From Promethearchaeota archaeon (GTDB lineage: Archaea > Asgardarchaeota > Lokiarchaeia > Sigyniarchaeales > Promethearchaeaceae): DNA of 32,000 nt. The stretch is from positions 210,001 to 242,000 of the forward strand of contig JAFGBS010000001.1 of the NCBI GenBank assembly GCA_016933055.1, read 5' to 3'. The translations under genes and the position numbers were made by a program. The notes under the pieces were generated by a model. That model saw nothing but the letters and a program-made list of their open reading frames with translations, made no database searches and had not been told where the DNA came from. Below are positions 27,108 to 32,000 of this stretch, one piece after another; position 1 is the first letter of the stretch, and every line of letters starts with the position of its first letter.

Positions 27108-27746
27108 ATGAAAAAATTAATTTTAATTCGACATGGTCACTCCCTTCTTTTTGAGAAAAACCTTACAGGAGGATATACTGACGAAAGTTTAAGTGATTTA
27201 GGTCGACGACAAGCCCATTTGACAGGAAAACGACTCGCAAAAATGGTACCAGATCCTTCAGCATGCGGATTCTTTTGTAGTGATCTTAAAAGGGCTTCAG
27301 AAACGGCGAAAATCATAGGTTCTTATATAAACCTTAACCCTATCGAAACTTCTGTTCTTAGGGATTTAAATAATGGTGTTGCAGCTAATAAAACTAAAGA
27401 CGAAGCCAAGAGTTTGGAATTACCTATGAATGAACCCTTAATGGATTGGGTACCTTATCCAGAAGCAGAAAGTTGGAGGGTTTTTTATACGAGAGTCAAA
27501 GATTTCATGAATTTCTTGCGATTAAAAGATTTTGATGTTGTGATAATTGTGTTTCATTTTTCGACTAATTGGAATATTGTTCACTGGTGGTTTGATTTAC
27601 CTGAAAATTTTCTGACAATGATGGGTTTTAAACAAGATCTTTGCGGTATTCACGTACTAAGCTTAGGAACATGGGATATCGGACATAAAGTAATTATTAA
27701 AATCAATTCCACAGCACATTTAGAAAATTTTGATGTGAGGGTATAG
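27108..27746 (+). CDS. Histidine phosphatase (phosphoglycerate mutase family)
   Basis: LIRHG, SDLKRASETA, ESWRVFYTRV and a second His in IVFH. Confidence 0.88.
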   Translation: MKKLILIRHGHSLLFEKNLTGGYTDESLSDLGRRQAHLTGKRLAKMVPDPSACGFFCSDLKRASETAKIIGSYINLNPIETSVLRDLNNGVAANKTKDEAKSLELPMNEPLMDWVPYPEAESWRVFYTRVKDFMNFLRLKDFDVVIIVFHFSTNWNIVHWWFDLPENFLTMMGFKQDLCGIHVLSLGTWDIGHKVIIKINSTAHLENFDVRV

Positions 27747-27747
27747 G

Positions 27748-28521
27748 TTATTTACTTCTTATATCCTTTAGTATAAGAGGTAGAATGATGCCAGTTTTAT
27801 GATTGATGACAAGTTCTGCTGCATCATCTAACCATGTATTAGTATCATTCAAGATTATGAGGTTTCCTCCATTTCCAATAACAATATCTGACAATAAATT
27901 CACAGGTGAAACTTCCAAGGCAGATCCGGCAACCAGAAGGAGATCGGCTTTATTTATAGCTTCACGAGATTTTTCTATTTCTTCTTCAGGTAGCATTTCA
28001 CCAAACAACACAACATTTGGCTTCAAGTATCCATTGCATAGTTTGCATTTTGGAATTATCGCCCTTAAAATACTCGATACTATATATTCTTGAGTATATT
28101 CTGTATTGCATAGGGTGCAAGTAAATTTCCTTAATGATCCATGCACTTCATACACAGTTTTCGATCCTGCTTTTTGATGTAATCCATCAATGTTTTGCGT
28201 AATAATAGCTTGTATTATCCCTATCTTTTCCAGTTCCGCTAATGCATAATGTCCTGGATTGGGTTTCGCATGTAATAATGTAGGGGCAATTTTTTTTGCC
28301 AACCGCCAAAAAAGTTGGGGACTTTTCTGAAATGCATAGATATTTCCATAAATAGAGGGAGCAAATTGTTCCCATATCCCTCCTGAACCCCGAAAGTCTG
28401 GAATACCTGATTCCGTTGAAATCCCGGCACCAGTTAAAGCAATAGCATATTTGGCATTGAGAAGCAATTCTTTTGCTCGAAAAATATCCTGTTGAATGTC
28501 TTGAGGTATATCTGTATTCAT
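27748..28521 (-). CDS. cobB: Sir2-family NAD-dependent protein deacylase
   Basis: GAGISTESGIPDFRG, TQNIDGLH, EVHG, Zn site CTLC/CKLC and KPNVVLFGE. Confidence 0.93.
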   Translation of the reverse strand: MNTDIPQDIQQDIFRAKELLLNAKYAIALTGAGISTESGIPDFRGSGGIWEQFAPSIYGNIYAFQKSPQLFWRLAKKIAPTLLHAKPNPGHYALAELEKIGIIQAIITQNIDGLHQKAGSKTVYEVHGSLRKFTCTLCNTEYTQEYIVSSILRAIIPKCKLCNGYLKPNVVLFGEMLPEEEIEKSREAINKADLLLVAGSALEVSPVNLLSDIVIGNGGNLIILNDTNTWLDDAAELVINHKTGIILPLILKDIRSK

Positions 28522-28528
28522 TCCTACA

Positions 28529-29041
28529 TCACGCGAAAGTGCCTACCGTTCGTTCAACTAAAGTAGAGAAGATATCCTCGATTTTCTCACCCATTGCACT
28601 AGTCTCAAAATACATATTTCCTGAGGATTCGACTAAATTACGAAATTTATTGCGCTTTTCTGAATAGATTCCTTCAATTCTTTCCATATGATTTCCTACA
28701 TATGCAATGGGTATTTTTCCTACATATTTTGTTATCTCGTTACACCATTCCTTAACTTCATCCCATGTCGTATCTTTGGTGAGATCAAACACGAGAATTG
28801 CACAAGATGCACCGCGATAAAACGTTGAGCGCATGAATCTGAATCTACTAGATGAACCAATATCCCAAATACTTAGAGTACAGGATTTATTATTTTTGAG
28901 TTCCACATTTTTGGTGAAGATGTCAACCCCAACATTTGTTTTATAATTATGATTGAATTTGGATTGAACAAATCGGTTAACCAATTTTGTTTTTTCTCCA
29001 TACGGTGACCCGCACAATAATACTTTTAGTTTGTAGTTCAT
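28529..29041 (-). CDS. Rab-like small GTPase homologue with degenerate G-boxes (pseudo-GTPase)
   Basis: Rab-like scaffold (KVLL..., VGVDIF, IWD, FYRGA, LVFDLT, IPI..VGN, YFETSA). ATG 29041 is preferred over GTG 29047. Confidence 0.85.
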   Translation of the reverse strand: MNYKLKVLLCGSPYGEKTKLVNRFVQSKFNHNYKTNVGVDIFTKNVELKNNKSCTLSIWDIGSSSRFRFMRSTFYRGASCAILVFDLTKDTTWDEVKEWCNEITKYVGKIPIAYVGNHMERIEGIYSEKRNKFRNLVESSGNMYFETSAMGEKIEDIFSTLVERTVGTFA

Positions 29042-29214
29042 CCACACACCAGAAATCGATCGTTTCTAATATATATTGTGGTATAAAAGTGTTTATTTAG
29101 ATTTCGCCCCGTACTATTTTGAAGCTATGTAATTCCTTCTCTTCTCAAAAGCCAATTCATTAAATTGCCCTATCATTAATTATTCAGTGAAATTAGTTCT
29201 TACAGAGTGAATTT

Positions 29215-30306
29215 ATGAACAAAGCGCATTTCCCTCATTATAAAGCGATATTGAACAATATCGATTTAGCATATTATCTTATATGTAAAAATATTCCTGT
29301 AGAAATCCCAGAAAATGCGACAGTGGAAGAACTTTGGGACCTACACAAAAAGATTGCTAAGCTTTTCAAGGAGAATCTTAAACATGGAAACCTTGGCAGA
29401 AAATCAGAAATAGATACATCCTATTTAGATTTAAAAGTTAAGATTTCCCAAAAAATGCTGCAAGAATGCGAATTTTGCGAAAATCAATGCCACATAGATA
29501 GGAGATCTGGTGAATTAGGATATTGCGGAATTCCTGTAATTAGTCGAGTATCTTCCGCATTTTTGCATCATGGAGAAGAACCTCCTCTTGTTCCAAGCGG
29601 TACCATATTTTTCAGTGGATGTACTTTTGGATGTGTATTCTGCCAGAACTGGGATATTTCGACTATTGGTAAACATCATCAACCACCCTTAAGGAATGGG
29701 TATGAAAATGAAATGAAGCGATCTAATGGGACTGCTGTGGATGGCAAACAGCTAGCTTTATTTGCGGATATGCTTGCACGGCAAGGTGCTCGTAACGTGA
29801 ATTATGTGGGTGGCGATCCCACCCCAAATCTCCATACAATCATCGAATCCATGAAACATCAGACTCAGAATATAACCCAGCTCTGGAATTCGAATTTTTA
29901 TAACTCGATTAGTGCATTAGATTTAATAATAGATCTTATGGATTTTTGGTTACCTGATTTCAAATATGGAAATAATGAATGTGCTAAGAAATACTCGAAT
30001 ATTAACCATTATTGGGAGATTTTGACTCGAAATCTCAAATTTCTTTACGAGTGGGGATCACGGGAGATCATTATCCGTCATTTGGTGATGCCGGGTCATT
30101 TTGAGTGTTGTACAAAACCGATCTTAAAGTGGATTTCGAAACAGATTCCAGGGACAGTAACTAACCTTATGTCACAATACCATCCAGAACATAGAGTAAC
30201 TTCCCTTCATTATCCTGAAATCAATAGGAGAGTATCACACTCAGAAATGATTGAAGCCTTTTCTCTTGCGGAACGTCTGAATATACCTTATCGATTTGTT
30301 TCATAA
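29215..30306 (+). CDS. Radical SAM protein, PflX-like
   Basis: CTFGCVFC (CxxxCxxC), HHGEEPPLVPSGTIFFSGC, GGDPTPN, PDFKYG and IIRHLVMPG. Confidence 0.88.
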   Translation: MNKAHFPHYKAILNNIDLAYYLICKNIPVEIPENATVEELWDLHKKIAKLFKENLKHGNLGRKSEIDTSYLDLKVKISQKMLQECEFCENQCHIDRRSGELGYCGIPVISRVSSAFLHHGEEPPLVPSGTIFFSGCTFGCVFCQNWDISTIGKHHQPPLRNGYENEMKRSNGTAVDGKQLALFADMLARQGARNVNYVGGDPTPNLHTIIESMKHQTQNITQLWNSNFYNSISALDLIIDLMDFWLPDFKYGNNECAKKYSNINHYWEILTRNLKFLYEWGSREIIIRHLVMPGHFECCTKPILKWISKQIPGTVTNLMSQYHPEHRVTSLHYPEINRRVSHSEMIEAFSLAERLNIPYRFVS

Positions 30307-30311
30307 TAATA

Positions 30312-30776
30312 TTATGTCTTTTTTTCCTCATTCATGAGATTCTGAATAATTTTGGGGAGAACTCTCTCAATCCATTTTTGTTCTTCTTGGGATAAATCCC
30401 GATAATAGGCAGCAGTCATTTCCACGAGAATTTCCTTATAGACCGATAGAAATTTATTGAAAGAACTTTCTTTTTTTTGGATATGGATTTTTCTTCTATC
30501 TGAAGTGCTAGGAACTCGTTCGACAAGATCTTTTTGAACCAAACTGTCAATCAATTCAGTAAATGAGGAATTTGGAATTTTTAATTCATCTATCAAATCT
30601 TGTATGGATTTTTGTGCAAGTGTAGTATTGTCCATTTGTTGAAGGTAAAACAATACTCTTCCTTGGGTGGCATTGAAATCTTCTAAGTTATGTGCCTTAA
30701 GTTTGGATTCCATAAGACGATCCGATAAATTATGAATTGTGGCAATCCAAAGTCCTATTTCGGAAATTTTTACCAT
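30312..30776 (-). CDS. MarR-family transcriptional regulator
   Basis: FNATQGRVLFYL, LIDSLVQKDLVERVPSTSDRRKIHI and an LSQEE tail. The true start is taken as Met77 (ATG 30776) of the 30312..31004 ORF. Confidence 0.88.
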   Translation of the reverse strand: MVKISEIGLWIATIHNLSDRLMESKLKAHNLEDFNATQGRVLFYLQQMDNTTLAQKSIQDLIDELKIPNSSFTELIDSLVQKDLVERVPSTSDRRKIHIQKKESSFNKFLSVYKEILVEMTAAYYRDLSQEEQKWIERVLPKIIQNLMNEEKKT

Positions 30777-30819
30777 AAGAATTATATATGGGAATAGCCA
30801 TAAATATTTCGCGATAGAA

Positions 30820-30837
30820 TATTTCGGATACGAAATA
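30820..30837. promoter_or_regulatory. Putative MarR operator TATTTCG-N4-CGAAATA
   Basis: Perfect 7-bp inverted repeat in the 80-bp divergent marR/nmrA intergenic region, with extra TATTTCG half-sites at 30805 and 30756. Confidence 0.55.
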
Positions 30838-30856
30838 AATTTGGATGAGATGACAC

Positions 30857-31720
30857 ATGGAAAAATTTTTAGTAACAGGAGCGACAGGGAGAGTAGGTTC
30901 GGTGGTCTTCCAACAGCTGAAAAATCATGCACCAGAAGGAAGTGAGATAATTGCGGGAGATATAGATGAGTCCTTGGTGAAGAAAATGCATGGAAATGAT
31001 GCACTTTTTCGTGAACTAAATTATGAAAAACCTCAAACTATAAAATCCGCTATCAAAGGTATAACTAAAGTATTTCTTATGCGGCCTCCCCAAATTGAAA
31101 AAATCAAGAAGTATATGGCTCCATTCATTATAGAAATGAAAGATGCAGGCGTTAAGCATGTCGTTTTTCTCTCTATAATTGATGCTAATCCGATGGTGCC
31201 ACATTTCCATGTTGAAAAATTCATCAAGAGGTATAACATTCCTTATACAATGCTTCGTTGCAGTTTTTTCATGCAAAACCTAGATATGGTGCATGGAGAC
31301 ATTATAAAGAAAGAGTTAGACATTTGTATTCCGGCAGGAACTGGAAAAACCTCATTCATTGATGCTCGGGATATCGGTGAAGCTGTAGCAATTTGTCTTA
31401 CAAATTCAGAAAAATATATTGGAGCAACGATTCCACTAACAGGGTCAGAATCTTTAGATTATAATGAAGTCTCCGAGAAAATGACTGAGATTCTTGGTTT
31501 ACCGATAAAATATTCTAATCCCGATCCTAAAGATTTTGTGGAAAAAATGACGAATGAATACGGATTTCCCAAAGATTATGTTCAAGTAATGAAAATGATA
31601 TGTTGGGTTGTTCGATCCGGTAAAGCTGGTAAAATCTATCCCGATCTTGAGAAAATATTAGGTAGAAAACCGAGATTAATGGACGACTATATAAAAGATT
31701 ATCAAAATTCATGGAGATAA
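30857..31720 (+). CDS. NmrA-like/atypical SDR NAD(P)-binding oxidoreductase
   Basis: LVTGATGRVG, KHVVFLS, YTMLRCSFFMQN, IDARDIGEA and LTGSESL. Confidence 0.9.
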   Translation: MEKFLVTGATGRVGSVVFQQLKNHAPEGSEIIAGDIDESLVKKMHGNDALFRELNYEKPQTIKSAIKGITKVFLMRPPQIEKIKKYMAPFIIEMKDAGVKHVVFLSIIDANPMVPHFHVEKFIKRYNIPYTMLRCSFFMQNLDMVHGDIIKKELDICIPAGTGKTSFIDARDIGEAVAICLTNSEKYIGATIPLTGSESLDYNEVSEKMTEILGLPIKYSNPDPKDFVEKMTNEYGFPKDYVQVMKMICWVVRSGKAGKIYPDLEKILGRKPRLMDDYIKDYQNSWR

Positions 31721-31747
31721 AAAAAGGGTTTTATCCTGAATTAGCCG

Positions 31748-32000
31748 TCATTGATTTTTTTTTCCTGGAACAACCACTCCCAAGTACATAGTGAGATATC
31801 CGATAAAGAATAGAATATCTAAACCATATACAAATATAGCATCGTATTGGGAGGGGATAGATATAGCTTCAATGAACAAGAAATCAAATAACCGACCAAA
31901 GAATACTAATCCTAAAATTAATCCGGTTATCCCAAGCAAGAACAGTCCTGCACGTAATCTTTTTTCTTCAACTTTTGCACGTAAACGAAAAGCGTTGCGC
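31748..32000 (-). CDS. Membrane protein C-terminal part, truncated by the window edge
   Basis: The frame is open to the window end (...RNAFRLRAKVEEKRLRAGLFLLGITG...) and encodes two TM helices. Confidence 0.6.
   Translation of the reverse strand, partial: RNAFRLRAKVEEKRLRAGLFLLGITGLILGLVFFGRLFDFLFIEAISIPSQYDAIFVYGLDILFFIGYLTMYLGVVVPGKKNQ

Noticed and set aside
30777-31004. 76-codon N-terminal extension of the MarR ORF in the ORF track
   Set aside because: It overlaps the divergent nmrA gene and the operator region, and it looks non-coding. MarR homology starts at Met77.
989-31712. Many short antisense or alternate-frame ORFs in the track (e.g. 989..1393, 6651..7025, 13125..13418, 16925..17206, 27803..28093)
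   Set aside because: They lie over well-supported genes, carry no motifs, and are expected shadow ORFs.
1-32000. tRNA/rRNA genes, CRISPR arrays, IS elements, prophage or defence-island genes
   Set aside because: I saw no T-loop/cloverleaf patterns, regularly spaced repeats, transposase or integrase motifs. Intergenic gaps are short (under ~170 bp). This was assessed by eye only.

Overview
AT-rich, gene-dense archaeal DNA, most consistent with an Asgard archaeon (Lokiarchaeia/Promethearchaeota-like). The basis is archaeal-type RFC and UPF0280 genes alongside several eukaryotic-signature-type proteins: longin/uDENN-like domains, a Roadblock protein, and Arf-like and Rab-like small GTPases. This taxonomy is inferred from gene content, not from a search. 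About 30 CDS are present. Housekeeping and metabolic genes include pyruvate kinase, an ECF S-component, a LolD/FtsX-type ABC pair, GGT, an isomerase, a nitroreductase, RNase III, a hybrid histidine kinase, a methyltransferase, a phosphatase, a sirtuin, a radical SAM protein and a MarR/NmrA pair. No rRNA, tRNA, CRISPR array or mobile element was recognised. Three items stand out. (1) A co-oriented cluster at 13.1-18.0 kb encodes Roadblock, a longin-Arf-like GTPase-helical-proline-rich-coiled-coil fusion, a long coiled coil with a winged helix, a uDENN-like protein and a zinc-ribbon protein ending in RGGG. (2) A three-gene RFC clamp-loader operon includes a second small subunit with degenerate cis ATPase motifs but an intact SRC arginine finger, like eukaryotic Rfc5 or bacterial delta-prime. 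(3) A Rab-like pseudo-GTPase has altered all five G-boxes while keeping RabF1-F5-like surface motifs. All family calls are by eye from motifs.
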